NCBI GenBank assembly: GCA_044440125.1
Contig: JBITAJ010000012.1
Location: 64,001-128,000, forward strand
DNA length: 64,000 nt
Source: Sedimentisphaeraceae bacterium JB056
GTDB taxonomy: Bacteria > Planctomycetota > Phycisphaerae > Sedimentisphaerales > Sedimentisphaeraceae
Direction: 5' to 3'
The notes beneath the pieces were generated by a model that saw only the letters and a list, made by a program, of their open reading frames with translations, ran no database searches and was not told the DNA's origin. Shown piece after piece: positions 38,541 through 48,734 of this stretch. The number at the start of each line of letters is the position of its first letter. The stretch's first letter is position 1. The translations under genes and the position numbers were made by a program.

Positions 38541-40661
38541 CTATATTCCCATTTCACTCTTAAATTCTTCAAATTGCTGGAGATACGTCTTGTCGTATTG
38601 CTCAATCTTGATGTTGTCACCTTGGAAATTACCGGTAAAAACATTATTTTCTATCTTAGGAGCAAGGTTTTTATCACTCAAAACAACAGCCCATGCCCCA
38701 TTATCAGTACACCTATTCCCTGATATTTCTATATTTTCATCGCAACTTATTTTTATACCGGCATAACAATTCTCTGTAATGTGATTATCCGAAATTTTGA
38801 TATCTTTGCTGCTTTTTATTATCCTGATTCCAGAAAACATATTCCATTTACAGGTATTTGATTTTACGATAATATTTTTAGCTTCTTGAATAGAAATTCC
38901 ATCATCACGATTTAACAATATTTCATTGTCAGTCAAAACAATACTACTTTTTTCTATAACGATACCGGAGTTTTTATTATCGACCGATTGGTTTTGGGTA
39001 AAGTCTGCCTTTACTTTAAAAAGGGAGAAGCCACTGCTAAAATTACGCAATGCGATATTTTCCTCAATGACTATATTTTTCATGTCGCTTGCTTGAATAC
39101 CATGCATACCGTTGTGCCAGCTTTTATTGCCTGTAATCAAGCCGCTGTTTGCTTCAAACATAACAATGCCAGAATCCTTATTACCAAATGTTATATTGTT
39201 TGATATTCTTGTTTTATCGTTGCATTTGTATGCACTTATGCCAAATCCTTTATTGTTTTTGCTGATATTGTTTATTATATGAACATCGCTATTATTGCAA
39301 TAAATTCCTGAGTCCTTAGAATTCGTAATTACGTTGTTATTAATCAGACCGGAAGAGTTGTTTATAAAAAAAGCAGTCGATGTGCAATTTTCAAAAAGAC
39401 AATCTCTTGCTATAAAATCGGTAGCATCTCTTGCACTAAATCCCTTATTTTCTACAAAAACGCAATTTTCAACGGTGTTAGTTTTTCCTCTATAAAAATA
39501 TAGACCATACTTCGGGAATTTATTAAAAACGCAATTTTTTACTGTGTTTTTGGCTCCAGCTGCGGTAACCATGATATTAGATTTACTATTGCTATTGCAA
39601 AAAGATATTGAATCTAACATGTTGTTATTGGCTAATATTAAATATGATTCCTTTTTGAAGATAAGGAGTGTTTTATCTCTATTTTCACCTATTAGATGCT
39701 TATTATTGCCGATTTGGAGTTGTTCATCAATAATATATTTACCAGATTTGATGAAAATTTTGTTGAACACGCCATCTTTTATGACCTGAATTAATTGCTC
39801 TGTGTTGTTTACTTCAACGCTATAATTTTCAGGATTACCATGATTTTCAAATATATTTATTGTGTTCTCAATTATTCTGATATCAACTGGCTCTATGTCA
39901 ACGCATTTTCTAAAATGAGAAGGTAGCGTACAAGGAGCAGACTTCATATCTTTATATATCGTCCAGGGGCTGTATTTCGACTCCCTAAGGAAATTTAAAG
40001 CGCGATTAAATCTTTTGTCTGTACCATCGCTATTTTCGTAAGACCAGTAATTTCTTCCAACCAAATAGTGATCTGCATATTCATCCCAGCTTTCATATTG
40101 TCTGGTAAGTCGTTTGTATAGGGAAAAACCCTCTATTAATCTAAAACCCTCATTCTTACTTATATAACCTGCGGTATAAGCCCTCCTAACTAATGACACC
40201 GCTCTTGCCAAATCACGAGCAATAAGCTTATCTCCTCTGAATTTTTCCGGATAATTTTTGGCAAGAAATAACCGATAAAGGGCATTTGTATTACCTTTCA
40301 CTTCCTTGAGACTCTTTGCATAATCAGATTTGCTCATCGAATTGATGAAATCAACTTGTTCTCTATAGTCACTTCGGCTACCCTCAAGGACAAGCCAACG
40401 TAAAGTCTCAAGCAAATCATTTCTGTCTTTAATACCCCACCAATCATCAAGCTGTTTTTTTTGATATTCAATTTCAAAAGGATTTTCAATATCACCAACT
40501 TCAAGCCTGCCGAAATAGAATCTGTTTGAATAATCTAGTAAATTTGCAAAACTAAGTAAATACTGCCTTTTTGCCTCCAAGCTGTCTTGCCCTTGAACTT
40601 CAGTCTGTGAAAAGCAAACAACACTAATTGATATAGTTACAAGCAAAATCCTTTTAATCAT
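38541..40661 (-). CDS. Secreted DUF1266-like domain fused to a right-handed parallel beta-helix
   Basis: Signal peptide; WWGIKDR..., DLARAVSLVRRAYTAGYIS, SWDEYADHYLVGRNYW; then repeated N..NxxxGI.. rungs; start reset to ATG 40661 after GGAG. Confidence 0.75.
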   Translation of the reverse strand: MIKRILLVTISISVVCFSQTEVQGQDSLEAKRQYLLSFANLLDYSNRFYFGRLEVGDIENPFEIEYQKKQLDDWWGIKDRNDLLETLRWLVLEGSRSDYREQVDFINSMSKSDYAKSLKEVKGNTNALYRLFLAKNYPEKFRGDKLIARDLARAVSLVRRAYTAGYISKNEGFRLIEGFSLYKRLTRQYESWDEYADHYLVGRNYWSYENSDGTDKRFNRALNFLRESKYSPWTIYKDMKSAPCTLPSHFRKCVDIEPVDIRIIENTINIFENHGNPENYSVEVNNTEQLIQVIKDGVFNKIFIKSGKYIIDEQLQIGNNKHLIGENRDKTLLIFKKESYLILANNNMLDSISFCNSNSKSNIMVTAAGAKNTVKNCVFNKFPKYGLYFYRGKTNTVENCVFVENKGFSARDATDFIARDCLFENCTSTAFFINNSSGLINNNVITNSKDSGIYCNNSDVHIINNISKNNKGFGISAYKCNDKTRISNNITFGNKDSGIVMFEANSGLITGNKSWHNGMHGIQASDMKNIVIEENIALRNFSSGFSLFKVKADFTQNQSVDNKNSGIVIEKSSIVLTDNEILLNRDDGISIQEAKNIIVKSNTCKWNMFSGIRIIKSSKDIKISDNHITENCYAGIKISCDENIEISGNRCTDNGAWAVVLSDKNLAPKIENNVFTGNFQGDNIKIEQYDKTYLQQFEEFKSEMGI

Positions 40662-40901
40662 CGCGACTCCTTCCAGATTTAAACTATATAAAAGGAAATT
40701 AAAAGGATAAACATACAACATTTAATAAAATTATGCAAGTTTAAAAGAGACCTTTCATCAGTGTCAAAGAACAACACAATCAGCGATTTTACACACTCAG
40801 TGCAAAATAAAGATGAAATTTCGGCAAAAAATACTTGCAGTTGGAAACTTTTGTTGTAAAATACCCGTCCCACTGCAGATATTAATTTATCTGCCTATAA
40901 T

Positions 40902-40975
40902 GGCGACGTAGCTCAGTTGGTTAGAGCATGGGATTCATAAGCCCAGGGTCGGTGGTTCAAATCCACCCGTCGCTA
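40902..40975 (+). tRNA. tRNA with CAT anticodon (elongator Met; Ile2 not excluded)
   Basis: GGCGACG/CGTCGCT acceptor, TAGCTCAGTTGGTTAGAGC D arm, TTCATAA loop, GGTTCAAATCC T arm; CCA not encoded. Confidence 0.9.
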
Positions 40976-40993
40976 TTTTTTGTTTTAAGAGCC

Positions 40994-41066
40994 GCCCCCA
41001 TCGTCTAGCGGCCTAGGACGCCGGGTTCTCATCCCGGTAACAGGGGTTCGAGTCCCCTTGGGGGTA
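40994..41066 (+). tRNA. tRNA-Glu(CTC), copy 1
   Basis: GCCCCCA/TGGGGGT acceptor, CCGGG-TTCTCAT-CCCGG anticodon arm, GGTTCGAGTCC. Confidence 0.93.
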
Positions 41067-41159
41067 CTGTTTCATCTCTTGCAGCATTCAGCAAATTATT
41101 GTCTTTTTCCTGCATAAAAGTGTGCTTTCCAGATAAGAATCTCTTACGATAGTCAATTA

Positions 41160-41187
41160 TTGACAATCCCTGCCAATCGCCTATAAT
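41160..41187 (+). promoter_or_regulatory. Consensus sigma70 promoter of the Sel1 gene
   Basis: TTGACA-N16-TATAAT. Confidence 0.75.
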
Positions 41188-41237
41188 TCATGAGCAATTA
41201 ATATTAAGAAAAATGGCGGAGCTGCTTAATTAAGGAG

Positions 41238-43154
41238 ATGGCATTGGAAAGAGAATACTTTTTGATCATAATTATCATTCTTGTTATACTTGTTTCAGCA
41301 ATAGTGATAGTTCGGTCATTATCCACCAAAAACAAGAATTTGTTCAAAAAAACACTTAAAAAAGCCGAAGAAGGATCCGTTGATTCTCAATACGCTTTGG
41401 CCTTAATGTATCATAATGGGGAAGGTGTTCAACAAAACTATCAAGAAGCCATTAAATGGTATACAAAGGCAGCTGAAGATAAATTCAGTAAGGCACAAAA
41501 CGCACTGGCTCGTATGTATTCCAATGGAGAGGGTGTTCAGCAAGACTATAAAAAAGCAATCGAATGGTTCACTGAAGCGGCTCAGCAAGGAAACTGCTAT
41601 GCTCAATATAATCTTGCTACGATGTATTCTTTTGGCGATGGTGTACAGCAGGATTACGAGGAAGCGATAAAATGGTATACAAAAGCAGCTGAACAAAAAC
41701 TTAGTGAGGCACAGGACGCTTTGGGGCTATTTTATACCAATGGTCAGGGAGTTCAGGCCGACGACGAGCAAGCAAGTAAATGGTATGCGAAAGCTGCTAA
41801 ACAGGGATATGATCAAGCTCAATATAACCTTGCCGTAATGTATGACAATGGCATGGGAGTAAAACAGAACCATAAAAAAGCCCTTAAATGGTACATAAAG
41901 GCCGCGAAACAGGGATTGGTGCATGCCCAATACAGACTGGGAGAATTGTGTATTGGTGATGAATGGGTTCTGCGAGATTACAAAAAAGCAGTTACGTGGT
42001 ATACGAAAGCTGCCGAACAAGGACTTTGTGAAGCTCAATACGATCTTGCGGTTATATATATTAATGGCATAGGTGTAAAACAAAACTATAAAGAAGCAAT
42101 TAAATGGTACACCAAAGCAGCTGAGCAGGGACTTATGTTTGCTCAATACACTCTTGGCTCAATATACGCTGAAGGTGACGGTGTGCAGCAGGACTATAAG
42201 GAAGCAATCAAGTGGTTTACTTTGTCTGCTGAGCAAGGATATGACAAGGCTCAATACAATCTTGGAGCAATGTACAATAATGGCGAGGGTGTATCACAAG
42301 ATTATGAGAATGCTCACAAATGGTTTGCTATGGCGGCTGAACAAGGACACATTAAAGCTCAATACAGTTTGGGGCTGATGTATTACAAGGGTGAGTATGT
42401 TCAGCAAGATTATATGGAAGCGATTAAATGGCTCACAGCTGCTGCCGAGGAAGGACACGCTAAAGCTCAATACATTCTTGGAGCAATATACAATAATGGT
42501 GAAGGTGTGTCTCAAGATATTAAGCAAGCAGTTAGATGGTTTGCGGCAGCAGCCGAACAGGGATACGATGTGGCTCAATACTGTCTTGGAGCAAAGTATT
42601 CCAATGGTCAAGGTGTTGAGCAAGATTATATGGAAGCACTCAAGTGGTACACAATGGCGGCTGAACAGGGATACGGTAAGGCTCAATATGATCTTGGCTG
42701 TATGTATGATAATGGTGAGGGCGTACAGCAAGACTATAAAAAAGCAGTAGAATTGTATACAAGAGCAGCCGAACAAGAAATTGCTGAGGCTCAAAATTCT
42801 CTGGGATTTATGTATTGCAAAGGCGAAGGTGTGTCGCAGGATTACAGGGAAGCACTCAAGTGGTATTCAATGGCGGCTGAAAATGGCCTTGTCGATGCAC
42901 AATACAATCTTGGTTTGATGCATGCTGATGGTGAAGGTGTTTCTCTAAATTATGAGGAAGCGATCAGGTTTTTCAAGATGGCAGCTCAGCAAGGGCATGT
43001 CCAGGCTCAATACAATCTCGGAGTGATGTATGCCAACGGTGAAGGTGTACCAGTAGATTATATGCAAGCTTATAAATGGTATGATCTTGCCGCAGAACAA
43101 GGCTTCACTGCTGCAAAAGAAAAAAGAGACGAACTGAAAACAGATGACCAATGA
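41238..43154 (+). CDS. Membrane-anchored Sel1-like repeat protein (~16 x 36-aa repeats)
   Basis: N-terminal TM helix, then repeated AQYNLG.MY.NGEGV.QDY.EA.KWY..AAEQG. Confidence 0.95.
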   Translation: MALEREYFLIIIIILVILVSAIVIVRSLSTKNKNLFKKTLKKAEEGSVDSQYALALMYHNGEGVQQNYQEAIKWYTKAAEDKFSKAQNALARMYSNGEGVQQDYKKAIEWFTEAAQQGNCYAQYNLATMYSFGDGVQQDYEEAIKWYTKAAEQKLSEAQDALGLFYTNGQGVQADDEQASKWYAKAAKQGYDQAQYNLAVMYDNGMGVKQNHKKALKWYIKAAKQGLVHAQYRLGELCIGDEWVLRDYKKAVTWYTKAAEQGLCEAQYDLAVIYINGIGVKQNYKEAIKWYTKAAEQGLMFAQYTLGSIYAEGDGVQQDYKEAIKWFTLSAEQGYDKAQYNLGAMYNNGEGVSQDYENAHKWFAMAAEQGHIKAQYSLGLMYYKGEYVQQDYMEAIKWLTAAAEEGHAKAQYILGAIYNNGEGVSQDIKQAVRWFAAAAEQGYDVAQYCLGAKYSNGQGVEQDYMEALKWYTMAAEQGYGKAQYDLGCMYDNGEGVQQDYKKAVELYTRAAEQEIAEAQNSLGFMYCKGEGVSQDYREALKWYSMAAENGLVDAQYNLGLMHADGEGVSLNYEEAIRFFKMAAQQGHVQAQYNLGVMYANGEGVPVDYMQAYKWYDLAAEQGFTAAKEKRDELKTDDQ

Positions 43155-43209
43155 ATCCAGCCTCAATAAGGAAGCAGAATTTAGTTTTTTAGTATCGGGG
43201 ACAAGAGCC

Positions 43210-43282
43210 GCCCCCATCGTCTATGGGCCTAGGACGCCGGGTTCTCATCCCGGTAACAGGGGTTCGAGTCCCCTTGGGGGTA
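43210..43282 (+). tRNA. tRNA-Glu(CTC), copy 2 (two D-loop changes)
   Basis: Identical to copy 1 except CTAGCGG to CTATGGG. Confidence 0.8.
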
Positions 43283-43330
43283 GTTTTCAATCTTTACTTG
43301 ATTCTCCAAATGATATTTTATGCTTGTCCT

Positions 43331-43936
43331 TTATTTGCAGATATTTGCAGAAGAATTGGGAATGTCTTTCTGCCTCTTATTTTCTTCAATTTTACGGTAT
43401 ACTCGGACGAATCCTGTCGGAATGTAATATTCAGTTGATTGCCCGAAATGTTTAATTAAACATTTCTCTGTCCTTTGGGAAAAAATAAAAACATCAAACA
43501 GTTTCGCGGTTCCAGTTTCCTCTGATATGTATTTGTCATAGTTTTCACAATCAACTATAGTACATAAGCCATCAAAAATCTGGAGATCAACACCCCTTTC
43601 ACCTTCTTCATCAACAGGGATTTTATTATCTGAACACCACCAAAGTCTATTAACATTCCATCCCAGAGTTGGTGACTCTACAATAATACATCCTTGCCCC
43701 TGAGATATTTTCTGTTTTACATTATTTAAAGAAATTGTCCGATTATTTTTACTTAAACGTTTCTTAAGCAACAGCCCTTTTACATATAAAGAAAGGTAAA
43801 CGTAAATCTGTCCCCCAAAGAATATAAGCAGGATTAATCCAATGTAACCTAAAAAAAGCCACCCGAAGATAGGGGAAAATATCGCAAAAGTTATTATTGT
43901 AACTATCAATAAAAGTTTCATTATTTTGTTAAGCAT
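43331..43936 (-). CDS. Hypothetical membrane protein
   Basis: 201 aa, N-terminal hydrophobic hairpin, AT-rich. Confidence 0.65.
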   Translation of the reverse strand: MLNKIMKLLLIVTIITFAIFSPIFGWLFLGYIGLILLIFFGGQIYVYLSLYVKGLLLKKRLSKNNRTISLNNVKQKISQGQGCIIVESPTLGWNVNRLWWCSDNKIPVDEEGERGVDLQIFDGLCTIVDCENYDKYISEETGTAKLFDVFIFSQRTEKCLIKHFGQSTEYYIPTGFVRVYRKIEENKRQKDIPNSSANICK

Positions 43937-43951
43937 ATAAAATCCGGTGCT

Positions 43952-44566
43952 TTAAATATCATAGACCCATTTTAAAACCATTGATTCAGACCAATATCTA
44001 TATGGCAGCATCATTGTGGTATTTGTCTGCTCAGGATTAACAAGAATCGGAAACCGGTTATATGAGAGTCTTTTGGTTGGTAGATGCTTACGATCAACCA
44101 TTATACATGCATAGAAACATTCTATACCCTCAGTAAATGAAGGTGGTATGAGGAGCTTCATATCCATTACCATTTCATCTTCCAGCTTGTCAGCCAAAAT
44201 CTGAAGTTGCGGGTTAACCAATTGTTTGCCTCGCAGACCAAACAATTTCACTGCGGTTTCATCAAGAATTTCGGTATATGAATCTACCTGCGGATCAAGA
44301 CTGTAGACTATTGTCGCCGGATGACTGCTAAAACCACGCCTATACAACAGTTCATTAGCCTGAATAAGACGTCCCCAAACGACTCTGCCGTTTTTAAGAA
44401 GCTTCCATTGATCACGATACAACTCAAAAAATCGAAAATCTAACGACCTGATCGCCCAAAACGGTACTGATAAACTCGCCTTCCAAAGCTCAAAACCTTT
44501 AATCTGCCGTGGAGCATCACCGAATATCTCACGGCACTCTTCTATTATCTGCGATTCTTTATTCAT
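43952..44566 (-). CDS. Hypothetical protein
   Basis: 204-aa ORF, tightly spaced in a minus-strand run. Confidence 0.7.
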   Translation of the reverse strand: MNKESQIIEECREIFGDAPRQIKGFELWKASLSVPFWAIRSLDFRFFELYRDQWKLLKNGRVVWGRLIQANELLYRRGFSSHPATIVYSLDPQVDSYTEILDETAVKLFGLRGKQLVNPQLQILADKLEDEMVMDMKLLIPPSFTEGIECFYACIMVDRKHLPTKRLSYNRFPILVNPEQTNTTMMLPYRYWSESMVLKWVYDI

Positions 44567-44575
44567 TGGATATTG

Positions 44576-45850
44576 CTATTTGACAGAGTTTTTTGCTAAT
44601 TCCCTTGTTTCTTCTTCGCTGTCATATTTGATTTCCTCCCAGATTCTTTCCGGCAATACATCATTTTCTATCATTATTTTGACAATATCCTCTCTACAAA
44701 TTCCACAATTTATCCTGTCGTAAAGAGCCATTAAAGGTTTCAGACAATCTTTCGTTTTATTCTTTTCATAAATATCACGACAACTATGTGCAAGATCATG
44801 AAGCTTATGCGGATTTCTTGTTCTTTCAATAATATCATAAAGCCTCTTTCCATCACCTTCTTTATAGTTTTCCATCAAGAGATTTGTATATACTTCAGGC
44901 CTCTTAGATATCCTTATCTGTTTTAACGCGAACCGGCGTATATCGTCTCCTGTAAAAAATCCTAAGGCATCAACTGCACGCTCAACAAGCATATCTTTAC
45001 TGCTGTATGGTCGCTTTGCATGTTCCAATAAGATTCTATAGTCATATGGATATTTTACTGTAGTAAATATACCTAAATATTTTGCCTGCATGATTCTTGT
45101 CTTTTCTTTCAAAAAATCGTCAGCAAGCTTTTTTATATCATTCTCAGGCAATTCTTTCGCTCTTGATGGGGAGAGATAAAAGAAACGTCTTGTAAGTATC
45201 CATTTTTTAATTGTCTCGTAATTGCAATCCGATTTTCTCCTTCTTGGTCGCCGAAATTTATGCTTTAGAATCATATCAAGGTATATTTTGATATGCTTAT
45301 CTGACTTAGCTGCCTTCTTAAGCTCATCATATACCTTGATTTTAGGATTTTCTTTTTGAAAACAATCTACAGTAAAACTATCATCCCACATTTCAGGATC
45401 TTTGTCAAACACCTTACCATTAACATGTGCAACATAAAGTAAGCCTTTAAGCCCATCAATTTTTATAATTGCATTTTCCCCGTAAAATTCAGACGCTTTT
45501 ATTGCTTTATGACCATATCTTTTATAAACAGCTTTTTTAGCCTCAGAATCCCCTGCAACAGCAAATGATGCCGCCAGATCAAAAAGCTGATATAATGCGT
45601 AGGACTTTTCCTGTTCACGAGCAAGCCCTTTTAGTATTGCCTGCTTTATTTTATTTTTCTGTTTGGCAAGCTTAATTAAACCCCAAACATACTCCGCTCT
45701 ACTTTCACATTGATTATCGTAAGATAGATTTTTCAATGAAGCCCTTATTATATCAGCAGAAAAATCCAGATTCGGATATTGCATCATAAGCAGATAAGCC
45801 TCACCTGTTCCACGTTTTATAGAACTTTTGAACCGTTGCTTGACTGTCAC
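44576..45850 (-). CDS. Hypothetical helical protein
   Basis: Long ORF; GTG 45850 after AAGGA is the probable start. Confidence 0.7.
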   Translation of the reverse strand: MTVKQRFKSSIKRGTGEAYLLMMQYPNLDFSADIIRASLKNLSYDNQCESRAEYVWGLIKLAKQKNKIKQAILKGLAREQEKSYALYQLFDLAASFAVAGDSEAKKAVYKRYGHKAIKASEFYGENAIIKIDGLKGLLYVAHVNGKVFDKDPEMWDDSFTVDCFQKENPKIKVYDELKKAAKSDKHIKIYLDMILKHKFRRPRRRKSDCNYETIKKWILTRRFFYLSPSRAKELPENDIKKLADDFLKEKTRIMQAKYLGIFTTVKYPYDYRILLEHAKRPYSSKDMLVERAVDALGFFTGDDIRRFALKQIRISKRPEVYTNLLMENYKEGDGKRLYDIIERTRNPHKLHDLAHSCRDIYEKNKTKDCLKPLMALYDRINCGICREDIVKIMIENDVLPERIWEEIKYDSEEETRELAKNSVK

Positions 45851-45891
45851 GAAATTCCTTCTCTCATAATTAACATTAGTACTGTATGTTC

Positions 45892-46668
45892 TCAAAATGG
45901 GATATAGAATGATATTAGTATGGCAAACATGTTATATAGGCCGTGGAATATTATTGCGGCTATTATGTATGGGTAAGCATGATGGAGCTGGGGGCGTTTG
46001 CGTTGTTTCATACACCTGCACCACATCTCCGTCACTCCCAATCCTGCAATCAGCGTTGCTGTTGTGTGCATCAGCGTACATATCGACCATCGCCATGCTA
46101 TTATCATTTCAGAAGGGTTTTCTATATATACATGCAGGTAGATGAGATTTTCTATAACCGCGAACATGAGTCCGCCCGCGGCAAAACACAGAATCAATTG
46201 GTATTTAGATCTAAAATAGAAAGGTCGCTTTTCTGCAACATAAAAGCCGATTGCAATTTTTATAAACTCTTCAGTTAGAGGCCCGAAAACGGCGATAATA
46301 ATGACTCCGGCGCTGAATACACGCACTTCGCTATAGCCGTTGAACAATGCTCCGATTATTGCCCATGGCCCGGCCGAAAGTACCACCGCGAGTGTTATAA
46401 GCCAGGATTTTGCCAGGCTTGTAGCTTTGATTTTCTTTTCCAGCCATGCGGCATATGTCAGATGCTCGTTTTCATTCGATCCGTGAAGCTCGCTGCTTAA
46501 TGAAGGCTCATCCCAAACACTGTGCTCTATTAGCTGGTCTTCGGATTCTTTTTCCGATTGCTTTTTCGAGAATATTCTGTCGGCTTTCAGTTCGCTTGGG
46601 TCTGCCTCTGTGTAATTCTCGCTGAAACAAGGCTCATCAAATACAGATTGTGATTTCCTTTTACCCAT
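45892..46668 (-). CDS. PrsW-family intramembrane protease
   Basis: PLTEEFIK, FAVIEN, H..., HGLYN motifs. Confidence 0.85.
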   Translation of the reverse strand: MGKRKSQSVFDEPCFSENYTEADPSELKADRIFSKKQSEKESEDQLIEHSVWDEPSLSSELHGSNENEHLTYAAWLEKKIKATSLAKSWLITLAVVLSAGPWAIIGALFNGYSEVRVFSAGVIIIAVFGPLTEEFIKIAIGFYVAEKRPFYFRSKYQLILCFAAGGLMFAVIENLIYLHVYIENPSEMIIAWRWSICTLMHTTATLIAGLGVTEMWCRCMKQRKRPQLHHAYPYIIAAIIFHGLYNMFAILISFYIPF

Positions 46669-46682
46669 TTATGCTTCTACAG

Positions 46683-46717
46683 TTACGAATTAAGAATTAC
46701 AAGTTAGGAATTGAGAT
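46683..46717. repeat. Heptamer tandem array
   Basis: TTACGAA TTAAGAA TTACAAG TTAGGAA TTGAGAT. Confidence 0.6.
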
Positions 46718-46752
46718 GTTCGCTGTCGCTATAAGTAAGTCCTAATTGTCCA

Positions 46753-47229
46753 TTATAAATTATATTTTCTGTTTGCAAAATATGCCGTGCCGCTTGCCAA
46801 AACTTCTATAGCGATAGCGTTATTTTTCCTCATGCCGCTGATATTTGAGAAAGATACTCGCACATTGCAGACGGAATTGTAACCTCTGGCCTGTGCTTCT
46901 TCCAGCATTCTAAGGATGGCTTCTTTCTCTGCTCTTTCCATAAGTGCTCTGTAGCTTTTCATTTCACCGCCGAATATCTTACGAAGTCCTGAAATGAAAT
47001 TTCTGAGGTAATCAGAGGTAAACACCGTTTCTCCTGTAACCAGAGTTGAATTTCTCAATGAGTCAACATTCCCATGTGTCGTTTTGAAATTTGTGACAAC
47101 CATATGGCTCAGAGCGATCTGGCGTTTCTTTATACTTCGTGAATGACATATGCCGATCAGTGTTCCGCTGATCAGGGCAAGAAGTAACAGGCCTGCAAAT
47201 ATAGATAGTTGTATTATTACAGGTTCCAT
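46753..47229 (-). CDS. YbjQ-family protein with N-terminal TM helix
   Basis: LRKIFGGEMKSY...AEKEAILRM...EVLASGTA. Confidence 0.85.
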   Translation of the reverse strand: MEPVIIQLSIFAGLLLLALISGTLIGICHSRSIKKRQIALSHMVVTNFKTTHGNVDSLRNSTLVTGETVFTSDYLRNFISGLRKIFGGEMKSYRALMERAEKEAILRMLEEAQARGYNSVCNVRVSFSNISGMRKNNAIAIEVLASGTAYFANRKYNL

Positions 47230-47230
47230 A

Positions 47231-47614
47231 TCATTGCTCTTGAATAGTTTGCATCTCTGGAGCAGGCTGTAATTCTGCGACCGGTTGAAGCACTACAGCT
47301 GTTCCGTAAACATAAAGCTCGGCAGCTCCCATCGTTATGGCACTTGTGCTGAATCTTACGTTCAATATAGCATTTGCTCCAAGTTGTGCCGCTTGTGCCA
47401 TCATTCGCTCAACGGCTTGCCTGCGCGCCTCGGTTAGCAGTTCGGTGTATCCTTTGAGTTCGCCTCCGACGAGATTCTTAAAACTTGCGGCGATATCACG
47501 ACCAACATGCTTGGCCCGTATAGTATTGCCCTGCACAAGTCCTCTGATATCAACTATTTCCATCCCCGGTACCGTTTCTGTGTTTACGATAATCAAGCTG
47601 ACCTCCAATATCAA
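47231..47614 (-). CDS. YbjQ-family (UPF0145) protein
   Basis: HVGRDIAASFKNLVGGELKGYTELL, ELYVYGTAV; true start may be a few codons in. Confidence 0.92.
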   Translation of the reverse strand: MILEVSLIIVNTETVPGMEIVDIRGLVQGNTIRAKHVGRDIAASFKNLVGGELKGYTELLTEARRQAVERMMAQAAQLGANAILNVRFSTSAITMGAAELYVYGTAVVLQPVAELQPAPEMQTIQEQ

Positions 47615-47739
47615 TTATGAATTTAACATGGTTTTGTATTAAGATTCATAGTGATTATATGGAATATTATATTAAGTATCAAAAGAAAACTTATGATTTG
47701 TATTAAAAAACGAGCCGACAGTCATTGTGATAAATTATT

Positions 47740-47768
47740 TTGACATTTTAATCAAATTGTCGTAAAAT
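47740..47768 (+). promoter_or_regulatory. Sigma70 promoter of the PEP-CTERM gene
   Basis: TTGACA-N17-TAAAAT. Confidence 0.65.
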
Positions 47769-47810
47769 CAAGACTTGGCTTTTAATTGTGTTTTTTAAGG
47801 AATTGGTATA

Positions 47811-48122
47811 ATGAAGCTTTGTGTTTATATTTCATTATTCTTTTTTGCCGCATTATCTCCTGCCGGTTGGGTTAATACTATAGGTAATTATTCAAATTGG
47901 AATTCCAGTAACAGGGAGTCTATAGCTGCGCAAAATGAAGATGTAATTTCTGGAATAAAAGACAGTTGTGTTGATTCTATGGATCAGAGGCAGAATGTTG
48001 ATATTGGCGGTGGAATCGATGATTCTAAAGTCTCAGGTTTTGCAAAAGTACCTGAACCGATGACATTCGCTATTCTGGGGCTTGGTGCTCTGTTTGTTGG
48101 AGGATTCAGACGCCGACGTTAA
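47811..48122 (+). CDS. Small PEP-CTERM surface protein
   Basis: Signal peptide and C-terminal VPEPMTFAILGLGALFVGGFRRRR. Confidence 0.88.
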   Translation: MKLCVYISLFFFAALSPAGWVNTIGNYSNWNSSNRESIAAQNEDVISGIKDSCVDSMDQRQNVDIGGGIDDSKVSGFAKVPEPMTFAILGLGALFVGGFRRRR

Positions 48123-48140
48123 TTAGTGCCGTTATCTGTA

Positions 48141-48698
48141 TCAGCAATTTTGAGTATTTGCGATTTGTTTTACTGCATCAGCTATTGTTTCCGGCTCGCT
48201 CATTCTGCCGATGTTTTCGATGCCGCAGGCCAGACGGCCTGACTCAGGACCTACTATTTGCCATTTCTGTGCTTTGAGAATCTCTAAGTTTCGTTGTGTC
48301 GCGGGGTTTTGCCACATACCGGTATTCATTGCAGGGGCAAGAAGTACTGGTTTCTGCCATCCTGCGCAGAGTGTCGTGCTTAACATATCATCGGCTATCC
48401 CGTTTGCGGCTTTTGCTATTATATTCGCGGTGGCAGGTGCTACCACGATGATATCGCTTTTTTCAATCAGATTTATATGGCCGATATGATATTTGCTGCC
48501 TGTTTCCCACATACTTGTTATTACCGTATTATTTGTAATGGCTTCAAAAGTTCGGGCAGTGATAAGTTTTGCGGCATTCTCGGTCAGTATGCAACGCACG
48601 ACGGCACCCTGCTTGACAAGTATGCTTGCCAAAGAAGCCGCTTTGTAAGCCGCGATGCCTCCACTTACGCCTAAAAGTATGTTAAGTTTTTGCAGCAT
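48141..48698 (-). CDS. coaC: Phosphopantothenoylcysteine decarboxylase (stand-alone CoaC half of CoaBC)
   Basis: GVSGGIAAYK, APATAN, APAMN, GRLACG..GRM; only 185 aa. Confidence 0.9.
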   Translation of the reverse strand: MLQKLNILLGVSGGIAAYKAASLASILVKQGAVVRCILTENAAKLITARTFEAITNNTVITSMWETGSKYHIGHINLIEKSDIIVVAPATANIIAKAANGIADDMLSTTLCAGWQKPVLLAPAMNTGMWQNPATQRNLEILKAQKWQIVGPESGRLACGIENIGRMSEPETIADAVKQIANTQNC

Positions 48699-48734
48699 AA
48701 TATATTAAGCCGGGCTTGATGTGCCCGGCCTAAA

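Noticed and set aside
41370..43120. ~108-nt periodic repeats resembling an array
   Set aside because: They are the coding Sel1 repeats; no constant repeat/unique spacer structure and no cas genes. No CRISPR array was seen in the window
43144..43455. 103-aa ORF
   Set aside because: Reads through tRNA-Glu copy 2; spurious
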